A stretch of 55,877 nt of DNA, from assembly GCF_006345805.1 (NCBI RefSeq), contig NW_021832846.1:1-55877 (forward strand), given 5' to 3'. Shown here piece by piece: positions 34,706 to 47,149 of the stretch (within the stretch, counting starts at the first letter, position 1; each line of letters begins with the position of its first letter). The position numbers were made by a program, and so were the translations under genes. The DNA is from Octopus sinensis. Its lineage: Eukaryota. The notes under the pieces are model-generated. The model ran no database searches, had not been told where the DNA came from, and saw only the letters and a program-made list of their open reading frames with translations.

Positions 34706-35312
34706 GAATGGCTGTGTGGTAAGAACCTTGCTTCCCAACCACATAGTTCCGGGTTCAGTCCCACTGCATGTCACCTTGGGCAAGTGTCTTCTATAGCCTC
34801 AGGCTAACCAAAGCCTTGAGAGTGTATTTGGTAGATGGGAAACTGAAAGAAGCCCATATGTGTGTGTTTTTGTCCCCCCACCATTGCTTGACAACCGATG
34901 GTGGTGTGTTTACATCCCTGTAACTTAGCAGTTCAGCAAAAGAGACTGATAGAATTAGTACCAGTACTTTAAAAGGAGAGTACTGGGTTCAATTTGTCTA
35001 AAATTCTTCAAGGCAGTGCCCAAGCATGGCCATAGTCTAATGACTGAAAAAGTAAAAGGTAAGATATATATATTATATACATGTATAATATATATACATT
35101 TACATACATAATATATATACTCTTTTACCTGTTTCAGTCATTTGACTGTGGCCATGCTGGAGCATCGCCTTTAGTCGAGCAAATCGACCTCATGACTTAT
35201 TCTTTGTAAGCCTAATACTTATTCTATCAGTCTTTTACTGAACTGCTAAGTTATGGGGACGTAAACACATCAACATCGGTTGTCAAGCAATATTGGGGGG
35301 ACAAACACATAA

Positions 35313-35360
<48 letters not shown>

Positions 35361-35555
35361 TATATATACAAAGACACACACACACATATATACTACGGGC
35401 TTCTTTCAGTTTCTGTCTACCAAATCCACTCAGAAGGCTTTGGTCGGCCCAAGGCTATAATAGGAGACACTTGCCCAAGGTGCCACGCAGTGGGACTGAA
35501 CCAGGAACCATGTGGTTGGTAAGCAAGCTACTTACCACACAGCCACTCCTGCACC
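34706..35555. mobile_element. Two adjacent tRNA-SINE copies in opposite orientation (34706-35060 +, 35120-35555 -)
   Basis: Head-core-tail order is forward, then reversed. Confidence 0.75.
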
Positions 35556-35808
35556 TATATATATATACACATACATAAACACACACACGCACACGATGGA
35601 CTTCAGTTTTTCCCTATCAAATCCACTTACATGACTATAATAAAAGACACTTGCCTAAGATGCTGGGCAGTGGGATTGAACTTAAGACTACATATTTGTG
35701 AAGTGAGCCTCTTAACCACACCTATGTCTACTCCTATAGCTATTCACCTATATTTTCTTGTTTAGCCTTTTAGCTAATTTCTCTCTCGTTTGGCCTCGAC
35801 TCTTGCAG

Positions 35809-35982
35809 ATACGACAGCGCAGCTCAGCGTCCACGGAACAGAAGATGATGCGAAAGATGGCGATCAGATACAGAAGTCAACAAAGCTGAAGAGACAAGCT
35901 GCTTCACTGTTATCCGACACAGATACAAGGTATGCTGGGCGGAAGACTACGAGGAAAGACCTGATGCAGGATTCTGGAAAAG
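35809..35982 (+). CDS. AATF: AATF coding exon 2
   Basis: CAG acceptor and G|GTAAGT donor; (N)TTAQLSVHG...KLKRQAASLLSDTDTRYAGRKTTRKDL matches AATF RKLASASLLDTDKRYCGKTTSRK. Confidence 0.92.
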
Positions 35983-36197
35983 GTAAGTAGGCTGTGTGTT
36001 TGTGAGTGTATCTGTACTGTTCCAGGTGTGTTTTACTCGGGAAGGAAAAAATTGTGGATTTCATTTGGAAATAATTATTCAGTATTAATTGAAGTGAAGA
36101 TAATAATTTGCTGTTAATAATAAACAGTTATTAAATTCTCAATCTCCATTTTCTTTTTCTTCTTTTATATGAATATAACTATATATATATATATATC

Positions 36198-36527
36198 AGC
36201 CAGGATCCCTGGTCTGGTGGTACGTAAAAAGCACTATCCGACTCGTGGCCGATGCCAGCGCCGCCTCGACTGGCTTCCGTGCCGGTGGCACGTAAAATAC
36301 ACCAATCCGACCGTGGCCGTTGCCAGCCTCGCCTGGCACCTGTGCAGGTGGCACGTAAAAAGCACCCACTACACTCGCGGAGTGGTTGGCGTTAGGAAGG
36401 GCATCCAGCTGTAGAAACATTGCCAGATAAGACTGGAGCCTGGTGCAGCCTTCTGGCTTCCCAGATCCCCGGTCGAACCGTCCAACCCATGCTAGCATGG
36501 AGAACGGACATTAAACGATGATGATGA

Positions 36528-36530
<3 letters not shown>
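36198..36530 (+). mobile_element. RTE-LINE 3'-UTR fragment with (GAT)n tail
   Basis: Matches the reverse complement of 24618-24960. Confidence 0.8.
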
Positions 36531-36584
<54 letters not shown>

Positions 36585-36587
36585 ATA

Positions 36588-37091
36588 CCGTAAATCCTCG
36601 AGTATAATCCTCATTTTTTCCCCAAAATCCCTAGTGCGTACTATATATGAGGTTACAAATGAAAATTAATTCCTAATCAATGTCCGAGTCCCTATTTGTT
36701 GTCCGGCAATGTTTATTCAGACGCATTTTGTGATGTCAATCGAGAAAATACCTTAAGCTAAGCCTGAAAGCAATGAAGTCATAAAAGAATCATCCATAAC
36801 TTGCAGTAAGCAACATTTATTAAACGTTATTACTGTTATTTCTTTATTTTCTACAAACAAAATGCACAAAAAAGCTACACGTTTGCATTATGTTATATAT
36901 ACAATAATAATAATAATAAAGGGCGTTGCAGTATACAGTTTTACAAACCAAGGACGTTATATAGACCTCCTTGACTCAAGTTAGAGAAGGGGTGCGTATT
37001 ATTCACAAGGTTTAGGTTTTTCAAAGGTACAGCCCCCTAAAAATCCCCTGTGTATTATACTCAAGGGCGGACTATACTCGAGGATTTACGG
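36588..37091. mobile_element. 504-bp TA-flanked MITE (pogo/Tc-like)
   Basis: Perfect 19-bp TIRs CCGTAAATCCTCGAGTATA / TATACTCGAGGATTTACGG with TA on both sides. Confidence 0.85.
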
Positions 37092-37281
37092 TATTCCTCT
37101 CTCAGATTCACACACTTCTTACAGCGGTCCTTCAGTTTTACTAAGCCCTGTAAAAGAACTCAGAAGGTTGGGTCTCTAACCAGACCTTTCGTGATACCCT
37201 TAAAGCCAGGGACTTTTCGGCAACTCCTTGTAAGATGAATAGCTCTAGCTCGAGCAAGTTCATTAACTGCCAACGTGTTAA

Positions 37282-37498
37282 CCCTTTTGTTACCATATTT
37301 CTGTTGAGATGCTCTGTGTTTCTTTCAATTACTTTAAATATAACAAAGAATTTAGTAAAATAACTTAGTTATCATTAAGCTAGTGTTAGGAACAAATTGT
37401 GACTAAGGTTTAGTGGAAGATTTTAATTCAGAACTTATGAAAACAGGACATTTGTACTCAGAGCCAGAGGTGGTTTCAGCCAGGTTGGTATCAAAGGG
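37282..37498 (-). mobile_element. 217-bp piggyBac-like MITE; monomeric form of the 169-bp satellite
   Basis: TTAA-CCCTTTTGTTACC ... GGTATCAAAGGG-GTAA; the internal sequence is the reverse complement of the satellite unit plus its 3' flank. Confidence 0.7.
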
Positions 37499-37581
37499 GT
37501 AAATAATGATGACGATGATGATGATGATAACATAAAAAACACACACTCACGTTTTTATATCTGTAATGTGTTGTTGTATAG

Positions 37582-37750
37582 GTGACAGTGAAGATGGCGT
37601 GTCGTCACATGACAATGATGATGATGATGAAGATGGTGAAGAAGATGATGATGATGCTGAAGATGGTGAAGAAGATGATGATGATAGTAATGATGGTGAT
37701 GAAGATATTGCAGGCTTCCGTCAACTCCTACAGAAGAAATCTCTCGGAAG
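37582..37750 (+). CDS. AATF: AATF coding exon 3 (acidic region)
   Basis: TAG acceptor and AG|GTAAGG donor; phases 1 to 2 fit; DSEDGVSSHDNDDDDEDGEE...LLQKKSLG. Confidence 0.85.
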
Positions 37751-37869
37751 GTAAGGACTGATTGTTGGTGATGATGATGATGGTGGTGGTGTTGGTGGTG
37801 TGGATGATAGCAGTGGTGTGGTAGTGGTAGTGGTGGGGGTTCTTGGTGAGAGTATTGATGCTATACTGA

Positions 37870-38712
37870 ACATTAGACAGTGTAGTCCAAGATACATATA
37901 GTTTCAATAAAAGACAAAATGATCACAGTTGGAACATCTTTGACTATAGGTCTCTCTCTGCTGGATCAGGACTGACCTGGGGCTAAATAACAATAGCAGC
38001 TATGGTCACTAATAGTAGCTATTATCCATGAGATAATGTAGTCCTAGATATACTGTGTCTGAATAAAAGAAGGGATGGTCATAGGTGGAACAGCTTTGAT
38101 CATGTCTGCTGGATCAGGACTGACCTAGGGCTAAATAACAATAGCAGCTATGGTCACTAATAGTAGCTACTATACATGAGATGATGTAGTCCTAGATATA
38201 CACTGTCTCAATAAAAGAAGGGATGGTCACAGGTGGAACATCTTTGATCATGTCTGCTGGGTCAGGACTGACCTGGGGTTAAATAACAATAGCAGCTATG
38301 GTCACTAATAGTAACTACTAAACTACATGTTAAATAATGTAGTCCTAGATACACTGTCTCTGAATAAAAGAAGGGATGGTCACAGGAGGAATGTCTTTGA
38401 TCATAGTGTCTGCTGGACCACAGCTGACCCAGGGCTAAACAGCAACAACTATAGTCGCTGATACTAACTGCTAGATGTTAGATGATGTAGACCAAGATAT
38501 GCTATCTCTGAATAAAAGATGTGGTGGTCACATCTGGAACGTCTTTGATCATATGCCTGCTGGATCAGGATTGACCTGGGCTAAACAACAAATATAGCCA
38601 CTAACACCAACTACTATAATATACATTAACTGATGTAGTCCTAGATATACTAAGTATGAATATAAGATAGGATGGTCACTGCTGGAATGTCTTTGATTAT
38701 AGGCCTCGCTAG
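37870..38712 (+). repeat. About 5-6 diverged tandem copies of a ~148-bp unit
   Basis: GCTGG(A/G)(T/C)CA..(A/G)CTGACC at 37960, 38108, 38256, 38412 and 38559. Confidence 0.85.
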
Positions 38713-38754
38713 TGTATCGGGACTGGCCTCGAGCTAAACTCTTTCTCTCTCTTT

Positions 38755-39141
38755 ACCCTTTTACTTGTTTCAGTCATTTCGACTGTGGCCATGCTGGAGC
38801 ACCGCCTTTAGTCGAGCAAATCGACCCCCAGGACTTATTCTTTGTATGCCCAGTACTTATTCTATCGTTCTCTTTTTGCCGGACCACTAAGTTATGGGGA
38901 TGTAAACACAGCAGCATCGGCTGTCAAGCGATGTTGAGGGAAAAAACATACACACACAAACATATACACACACATACTACATATATATGATGGGCTTCTT
39001 TCAGTTTCCTTCTACCAAATCCACTCACAAGGCTTTGGTCGGCCCGAGGCTATAGTAGAAGACACTTGCCCAAGGTGCCATGCAGTGGGACCGAACCCGG
39101 AACCATGTGGTTGGTAAGCAAGCTACTTACCACACAGCCAC
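38755..39141 (-). mobile_element. tRNA-derived SINE ending about 30 bp before the AATF exon 4 acceptor
   Basis: Reverse complement of the 10398-10805 family. Confidence 0.8.
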
Positions 39142-39172
39142 TTTTACGAATTTATTTTTTTATTTTTCATAG

Positions 39173-39459
39173 CAATGACTTAAAACAGTCAAGTGAAATA
39201 GAAGATGATGATGATGATGATGCAATGGCAGAAGATATGGATGGCAATGATGGTGATGATGACGATGATGAAGGTGATGATGGCGACAGTGGCAGTGATG
39301 CCAGTGGTGATGGTGACTCTGACAAAGATGCTGAGTCAGAGGAACCTGCTGAGCAGAAAGAATCGATGGACATTGAAGACCCAGGGGTCAACATGATGAA
39401 ACAGCTCTCAAATATGTCCAGTGACAAACAGAAAGGTCTTGCTGTCCAAACACAACTTG
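39173..39459 (+). CDS. AATF: AATF coding exon 4
   Basis: TAG acceptor and G|GTGAGT donor; acidic tract followed by SSDKQKGLAVQTQL, matching AATF EEVEKGRAVKNQI. Confidence 0.9.
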
Positions 39460-39489
39460 GTGAGTAACACCTCTCTTATTATTATTATT

Positions 39490-42020
39490 CAGTAGTCTTA
39501 TTCTTATCACGTGCTTTCACTTCACTACCGAGCGCAGCTCTGTGTGCCTTGGGTATGTGCTGTGATTTGTTGTGATGCTCTGATGGTTATTGTATGGAAA
39601 GTGTTCTGCGTAGGATGTGTGAAGTGCCTAGTAGTGCAATTTTCTGTATGGTATATGTGTTTGTAAGTCCTGGTGTTTTTGTTATGTATTTGTCTGAATA
39701 TTTTTTATCATGCCTAATGCACCTACTATGATAGGAATTGTTTCTGTTTTCAGGTTCCACATTCTAGTTACCTCTATTTCCAGGTCTTTGTATTTTGAGA
39801 GTTTCTCCATTTCTTTTAGAGACACGTTGTCATCTGCCGGTATTGATACATCAATTAGAAAGCATTTTTTTTCTTCATGATTTCTGACAACTATATCTGG
39901 TCTGTTGGCCTTAATTTCTCTCTCAGTGTGTATCGGCAAATCCCAGAGTATGGTTGCTTTCTCGTTTTCTGTGACCTTTTCTGGTGTGTGCCTATACCAT
40001 CTTTTTTCTGTTGTTATTCCATAATGTTGGCATAGTTTCCAGTGTATGTAGGTTCCAACTCTGTCGTGTCTGTGAATATATTCCTTCTTAGCCAGGACTG
40101 GGCAGCTAGAGATAATATGATTTATTGTTTCTTGTCCATCTCCACATATTCTGCAGTTACTTGTAATATTTCTTTTCATTACATGTTTTTGGTAATTTCT
40201 GGTGGGGAGGCTTTGGTCTTGTGCTGCAATTAAAAATCCCTCTGTTTCTGCTTTGAGTCCTGAGCTTCTCAACCATTGCTGGGATTTTTCTTTGTCTATT
40301 TCTTTTGCGTTTAGTTTAGTCCAGTATTTACCATAAAGGGGCTTTTCTTGCCATCGTTTTATCATGGTTCGTTGCTGTTCTATTTTTAGTTTGGATTTCA
40401 TTTGTTTTATAGCTTTTGTTGTTTCTTCATCTTCTTCTTCATATTTGTTAGGTGGTATGATTTCTTGTTTGTATTTGTCAGCTTCCTTAAATACTGAGAA
40501 CAGTTTTTTGTTTTGCTCGTGTTTTGTCGCTATTTGTATCAGTTTTCCTTCCTTCTGAAGTAGATATTTTTGCAGTCTTATCGTGGTTATTTATAGTAGT
40601 TTTCCAGCTGTATAAGGCCTCTACCACCTTCTATACGTTGTATATATAGTCTTTCTATGTCAGATTTTGGGTGATTATTTTTCTTGTTTTCCTATCTATT
40701 TTGGTCAGTTCATTTAGTGTCCAGTTAAGGATATTGTAGCTGTAACTTATAACTGGGACAGCTAAAGTGTTAATACCTATTATCTTGGTTTTATCTAGTG
40801 TGATGTTGCTACTCTTAATTAGTTTTCCTCTTTTCAGGGTTACTTTGGCGCATTTTTCTAATCCAAATTTCATATCTATTTCTTTGGTAAATCCATGAAC
40901 TGTCTTTAATAGTTTTCCAGCTGTATAAGGCCTCTACCACCTTCTATACGTTGTATATATAGTCTTTCTATGTCAGATTTTGGGTGATTATTTTTCTTGT
41001 TTTCCTATCTATTTTGGTCAGTTCATTTAGTGTCCAGTTAAGGATATTGTAGCTGTAACTTATAACTGGGACAGCTAAAGTGTTAATACCTATTATCTTG
41101 GTTTTATCTAGTGTGATGTTGCTACTCTTAATTAGTTTTCCTCTTTTCAGGGTTACTTTGGCACATTTCTCTAATCCAAATTTCATATCTATTTCTTTGG
41201 TAAATCCATGAACTGTCTTTAATAGTGTTTCCAGCTGTTTGTCATTTGCAGCGTGTAGTTTTAGGTCATCCATATATAAAAGGTGGCTGATCGTTTTGCC
41301 GTAACATTTATATCCGCATCCAGTTCTGTTTAGCATATCCGATAGAGGTCACAGTGCCAAGCAGAAAAGGAGTGGAGAGAGCGTGTCTCCCTGGAATATT
41401 CCTCTTCTGATGGGGATGGCTTTGGTTTTCATGAGTCCTTCTTTTGTTTGGAGCTGTAGCACTGTTTGCCATTTATTCATAGAGTGCCCTATGTACTTTA
41501 TAATTGTTGATGCTACTTTGTTAATGGCTAATGTTTCGAGGATTCATGTGTGAGGGATGCTATCAAACGCCTTTTTGTAGTCGATCCAGGCCATACTGAG
41601 GCCTTTCTTCTTTCTGTGGCTGTCTTCAGTTATGGCTTTATTAATCATTAGTTGATCTTTACAGCCATATGAGCCTTTGCGGCATCTTTCTGCTCTTCTG
41701 GAAACAGGTTGTTTTCGTCCAGGTGCTTGTTCAATCTTTGCGATATCATTGCAGTAAATGCCTTGTACATAGTAGGGAGACAGGTATTGGTCTGTAGTTT
41801 TCTGGTTTTGCTGTCTCATTTGATTTGGGAATTAAGATGGTTTTCCCCTTCGTGAGCCATTCAGGCATTGTCTCTGGCTCTGCTAGTATGCTGTTAAAGT
41901 TTTCAGCCAGCTTTTTGTGCATTCCTGTTAGATATTTCAACCAGAAGTTGGGGATCTTGTCATGCCCAGGTGCCTTCCAGTTGCTTAGTCTTTGCAGTGC
42001 CTGGGGGTCCAAAGTTCCCC
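39490..42020 (-). mobile_element. R4/Dong-clade LINE (RT + CCHC + restriction-like endonuclease), rearranged, in (TAA)n
   Basis: KAPGHD, GSYGCKDQL, DYKKAFDSIPH, LLYMDDLKL (RT); CRICGDGQETINHIISSC (zinc knuckle); RPDIVV...LIDVSIP...EKLSKYKDL (RLE); flanked by TAA repeats on both sides. Confidence 0.88.
40600..41225. repeat. 313-bp tandem duplication inside the Dong-like element
   Basis: Identical peptide MKFGLEKCAKVTLKRG...TQNLT in ORFs 40655-40873 and 40968-41336, offset by 313 bp. Confidence 0.9.
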
Positions 42021-42128
42021 GCCTCATATTGTTATTATTATTATTGTTATTGTTATTATTATTATTGTTATTATTATCATTGTTATTATTTTTATTATAT
42101 CATTATTATTGTTATTATTATTATTATT

Positions 42129-42683
42129 GAGTGAGAGAGCAGTGCATGCCATCAAAGTGACACTGGGGTAAAATATACGAAGCCCAGTTTACCCATCATG
42201 ACCACCCGTCTGATAAGGGTACACCAGGTACATGCATCACAACCATATGTGCATGGCACGGTGATCTCATATCAAGATAAACAGTGCATGACTTTGGTGG
42301 TGGGGCCCAGTTAGAATTTTCTTCTGGTCGAGTAGCCCATCCTGCTCAAAAGGTCCCTGAATAAGGGTTGTTTAAGGATGTTGAATGAAACACCCATGTT
42401 TCCAGAGGTGAATTATTCAAGCCCCAAAGAATCCCTCTCGACACATGGCTCTGATGCTCCCCTACTACTTCTGCTCGTGATCAGAGATGCACATATCGTC
42501 AGCCACTAAGGGACATGCTCAACAGGTTAAGGTCAAACAACTGACAAGCAAATCTGTGGTATTGAGCAGAATATTTGCTGTAGCCCATCTTTTATACCAA
42601 GACAAAACAATGTACATGATAACACTTCCAATCAGTTAAGATCAGAAGCCATGAGAGCCACTGCCTGGTACTGCATCAGGGCA
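42129..42683 (-). mobile_element. ~555-bp non-coding element bounded by (TAA)n, copy 1
   Basis: GAGTGAGAGAGCAG...CTGGTACTGCATCAGGGCA; further copies at 46659-47148, 47634-48187 and 48717-49271. Strand is inferred from the adjacent Dong fragment. Confidence 0.7.
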
Positions 42684-42929
42684 TTTATTATTATTATTAT
42701 TATTATTATCACTAAGGCAAGCTAGCAGAGTTGTTAGCGCACTGTTAGCAGTTTTTCGCTCATCTCTACATTCTGAGTTCAAATTCTGCCAAGGTCAACT
42801 TAGTCTTTCGATCTTTCAAAGTCAATGAATTAAGTACTACTTACAAACTGGGGTTGATAGAACCAGATAGCACCCCACCCTCTTCCAATTTTAGGCCTTG
42901 TATCTCTAGTGGAAAGGATTATTATTATT

Positions 42930-43135
42930 ATGGCGACGAGCTGGCAGAATTGTTAGCACATTGGGCAAAATGCTTTGTGGCATTTCGTCTGTCTTTACGC
43001 TTTGAGTTCAAATTCTGCTGAAGTTGACTTTGCCTTTCATCCTTTCAGGGTCAATGAATTAAGTACCAGTTAATTACTTGGGTTGATGTAATCAACTATC
43101 CCCTTTACACAAATTTCAGGCCTTATGCCTCTAGT
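42930..43135 (+). mobile_element. tRNA-derived SINE with a Nin/Deu-like domain, preceded by (TTA)n
   Basis: GAGCTGGCAGAATTGTTAGCAC head and GCCTTTCATCCTTTCAGGGTCAATGAATTAAGTACC; other copies near 13863, 42715, 46190, 46430, 47430, 48510, 49567 and 49785. Confidence 0.65.
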
Positions 43136-43276
43136 ACAAAAGATTATTATTGTTGTTGTTGTTGACATCAGTACCTGTTGAGTGCTGGGGGTCAATGTAA
43201 ACAAATTATTCCCTCCCCCAAAATGCTAGCTTTGTGGCAAAATTTGTCAACTTTGATTTCAAAATCATTACCATGC

Positions 43277-43675
43277 AGGCGTAGGAGTGGCTGTGTGGTA
43301 AGTAGCCTGCTTATGAACCACATGGTTCCGGGTTCAGTCCCACTGCGTGGCACCTTGGGCAAGTGTCTTCTACTATAGCCTCGGGCCGGCCAAAGCCTTG
43401 TGCGTGGATTTGGTAGACAGAAACTGAAAAGAAGACGTCATATATATGTATATGCATATATATATGTGTGTGTTTGTGTTTGTCCCCCAACATCGCTTGA
43501 CAACTGATGCTGGTGTGTTTACGTCACCATCGCCTAGCGGTTCGGCAGAAGAGACCGATAGAATAAGTACTAGGCTTACAAGGAATAAGTCCTGGCGTCG
43601 ATTTCCTTGATTAAAGACGGTGCTCCAGCATGGCCACTGTCAAAATGACTGAAACAAGTAAAAGAGTAAAGAGTA
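43277..43675 (+). mobile_element. tRNA-derived SINE (10398-10805 family)
   Basis: Full head, core and tail. Confidence 0.8.
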
Positions 43676-43948
43676 TTCCATCTGTGACCATCACATCTTA
43701 TATTCTGGTGTAGTGTATCTAGGACTACATAAGCTAATGTTTAATACAGTAATTAACATTAGTGGCTATAATTATTCCTGTTTAATCCCTGGCCAGTCTT
43801 GATTCAGACAGACTTATAACCAAAGAGGTTCCAATTGTGACCATCTCACCTTTATTCAAATATAGTGTAGTAAAGTGTGACATGAGGGAGTTTTGGCTGC
43901 TATGGTCTGTCATTGATTTTGTCTTCTTTCTTTTTCTTTTCCTTAAAG

Positions 43949-44086
43949 GACTTTTGGATAATCTGTTGGAAGGTCGAATTAAATTACAGAGGGCAGTGTC
44001 GTTTGTTAACCAAATCCCTCAACCCTCTACCTGGCACCATTTCCAGGCCCTTGGCAAGGATAAGTATACCTCGGCTGTACATTCAG
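43949..44086 (+). CDS. AATF: AATF coding exon 5 (start of the AATF-Che1 domain)
   Basis: [25 protein letters not shown] matches AATF [25 protein letters not shown]; AAG acceptor and G|GTGAGT donor. Confidence 0.95.
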
Positions 44087-45961
44087 GTGAGTGAGGCATA
44101 GTTAACATTTTTCTTTTGCTTTTTTTTTGTATTCATAAAGCTCATCTCTCATCAGAATCCTCAACTGGACACAACATTGATATGACCTTATAATAATTGG
44201 GGGTCATCATCATTGTTTTAATGTCCACTTCTCCATGCATGTATGGGTCAGACAGAATTTGTTAAGGTAGATTATCTGCGGCCAGATGCCCTTCCTGTCA
44301 CCCACCCTCACCTCTTTCCAAGTATACACACACGATATATACATCTTAATGATACTAAAACCCGAGATGTTTGTTCCCGAAATATCTCAGAAAAAGTATA
44401 TTTTATCTTAATTTTTTTTAGATATATATTTTCATATTTAATGCAATGCAGTATGAGGTTTTGTGATATTTGGACCTCTACTAATGAAAACAATTAAACA
44501 CAATTTTTGTCTGTTATTGAACTCAAAATCAAGGCTAACTGGCTTCCGTGCCGGTGGCACGTAAAAGGGCACCATTCGAGCGTGTTCGTTACCAACGTTG
44601 CCTTACTGGCACCTGTGCCAGTGGCATGTGTAAAAAGATTTGAGCGAGTTCATTGCCAGTGGCACGTAAAAGGCACCCACTACACTCTCGGAGTGGTTGG
44701 CATTAGGAAGGGCATCCAGCTGTAGAAACTCTGCCAGATCAGATTGGAGCCTGGTGCAGCCATACAGAGTACAGACACATATAATGAATGTCATGGCATG
44801 TGATTCAACACAAACACACATATGCTATCTGTGACATATGCACACACATAGTCTTTGCTCTCTTTCTCTATCACTCTTTAAGAAAAAAATTCATCGACTT
44901 TTGACTTACACAATATTTAAAAAATCATTGAGAAATATTTTTTAGTGAATATGATTTCAAAAATGTAAGTTGCTTGTACAGTAAGTATTTATATTTTAGT
45001 TTTCTTTAAACAGACAATATTTTAATATTTTTAAAATTATTTTCATGAGAATACCATAATAAAATTTTGTTTTGGCATATCTAAAAAATATTTTAATGTG
45101 AAAATGACTTTAAAAATATGGTAAATATTTCATAAAAGACCCGTTTCTAACCTCAGTGTGAAATAATTTTTTCCCATGGGTTTTTTCAAGTGAATTCAAC
45201 GTATCTCAGCTCCAAAGATTTGGCTACTATTTCTAGCACACTCTGCTACCACATAACTATTTATGGTGAAGGACCCGAAACAGCTCTTATGTGGTAGCAG
45301 AGTGTACAAGAAATAGCAGCCAAATCTTTCCTTTTCCAGGGAAAAGACTGTTTACGTGTGATTTTGATGTCACATTCACTGACAGCTTGTGAAATAACCT
45401 GGAAAAGGGGTAAAAAAAACCCCCACAAAACAAAACTCTGTTGCTGGGAAGCTCAGACTTTCCAGGTAACCCAATGGGTCACGGCAAGTCTAGTCTTGTA
45501 TATATATGTATATATATATATATTCTTGTTTCAGTCATTTGACTGTGGCCATGTGAGAGCACTGCCTTAAAGTCAAAGAAATGAACCCAAGGACTTATTC
45601 TTTGTAAGCCTAGTACTTATTCTATCGATATCTTTTGCCACACTGCTAAGTTATGGGACATAAACACACCAGAATTGGCTGTCAAGTAATAGGGGAGGGC
45701 AAACAGGCACACGCAAATATATACATATATATACATATATATATATATTGAAACACTCTTGTCACAACCTGGGACCTAGTCCCTTAATATTTGATATTCA
45801 ATAAGACAATCAATACTTCATTTATACTATATATACTATTTATACTATATATTCTATATTCTACATTAATATTATAAAGAATATAAATAAAACTTAAAAA
45901 ACAGAGTTGGAATTCCTTTGAATAATATATCTCCCTCTATACACAATCATACAAACCCCTT

Positions 45962-46009
<48 letters not shown>

Positions 46010-46040
46010 GACAGGCTTCTTCTTATTGCTCTCATTTCAG

Positions 46041-46155
46041 TTCAAAACCAGTTGTGTCATCTTCTCAACACACTGATTCATCTACAGACGTCTCTCCTTC
46101 TGAAGGACACACAGACAAGGCATATTGTCACTGGGGAAGAGATGTCAAAAGACGG
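46041..46155 (+). CDS. AATF: AATF coding exon 6
   Basis: (V)QNQLCHLLNTLIHLQTSLLLKDTQTRHIVTGEEMSKD(G), matching LKALLRSLVGLQEELL.QYPDTRYLVDG; CAG acceptor and GG|GTAAG donor. Confidence 0.9.
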
Positions 46156-47149
46156 GTAAGACAGCAAAAATATTATTATTATTATTAAAGGCTGCAAGTT
46201 GGAAGACTCATTAACATGCTGGGCAAAATGCTAAAGACCATTTTGTCCATCTTTGCTTTCTGAGTTCAAATTCTGCTAAGGTTGACTTTGCTTTTTGTCC
46301 TTTTAGGGGTCAATAAAATAAGTACCATTTGATCTTTGGGGTCAATACAATCAACTTAGCCCCTCCCCCCCTAAAGAATTACTGCCCTTGTGCCAAGATT
46401 TGAAACCATTATTAGTAGTAGTAGTATCATGGTAGCAAGCTGGCAGACTCATTAGTATGCTGGGAAAAATGTTTAGTGGTATTTCTTCCAGATTTACATT
46501 CTGAGGTCAACTTTGCCTTTCATCTTTTTGGGCCCAATAAAATGAAGTACCAGTGAAGCAGTAGGGACAATATTAACAACTTACTCCTCCTTTCAAACTG
46601 CTGGCTTGAGCCTAAATTTGAAACCATTATTATTATTATTATTATTATCATTATTATTGAGTGAGAGAGCAGTGCATTCCATCAAAGTGACACTGGGGTA
46701 AAATATACGAAGCCCAATATACCCATCATGACTACCCGTCTGATAAGGGTACACCAGGCACATGCATTACAACCATATGTGTGCGACATGGTGATCTCAT
46801 ATCAAGATAAACAGTGCATGACCTTGCAGGTGGGGCCCAGTTAGAATTTTCTTCTGGTCGAGTAACCCATCCCACTCAAAAGGTCCCTGAATAAGGGTTG
46901 TTTAAGGATGTTGAATGAAACACCAATGTTTCCAGAGGCTATGATGCTCCCCCACTACTTCTGCTCATGATCAGAGATGCACGTATCGTCAGCCACTAAG
47001 GGACATGCTCAACTGGTTACGGTCAAACAACTGACAAGCAAATCTGTGGTATTGTGCAGAATATTTGTTGTAGCCCATCTTTTTATACCAAGACAAAACA
47101 ATGTACATGATAACACTTCCAATCGGTTAAGATCAGAAGCCATGAGAGT

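Noticed and set aside
42230-42400. Possible HDV-like ribozyme in the 555-bp element (GACCTT/AAGGTC pairing on the minus strand)
   Set aside because: No G-U first pair, no GG for P1.1 and no convincing P3 or J4/2 could be assigned by eye.
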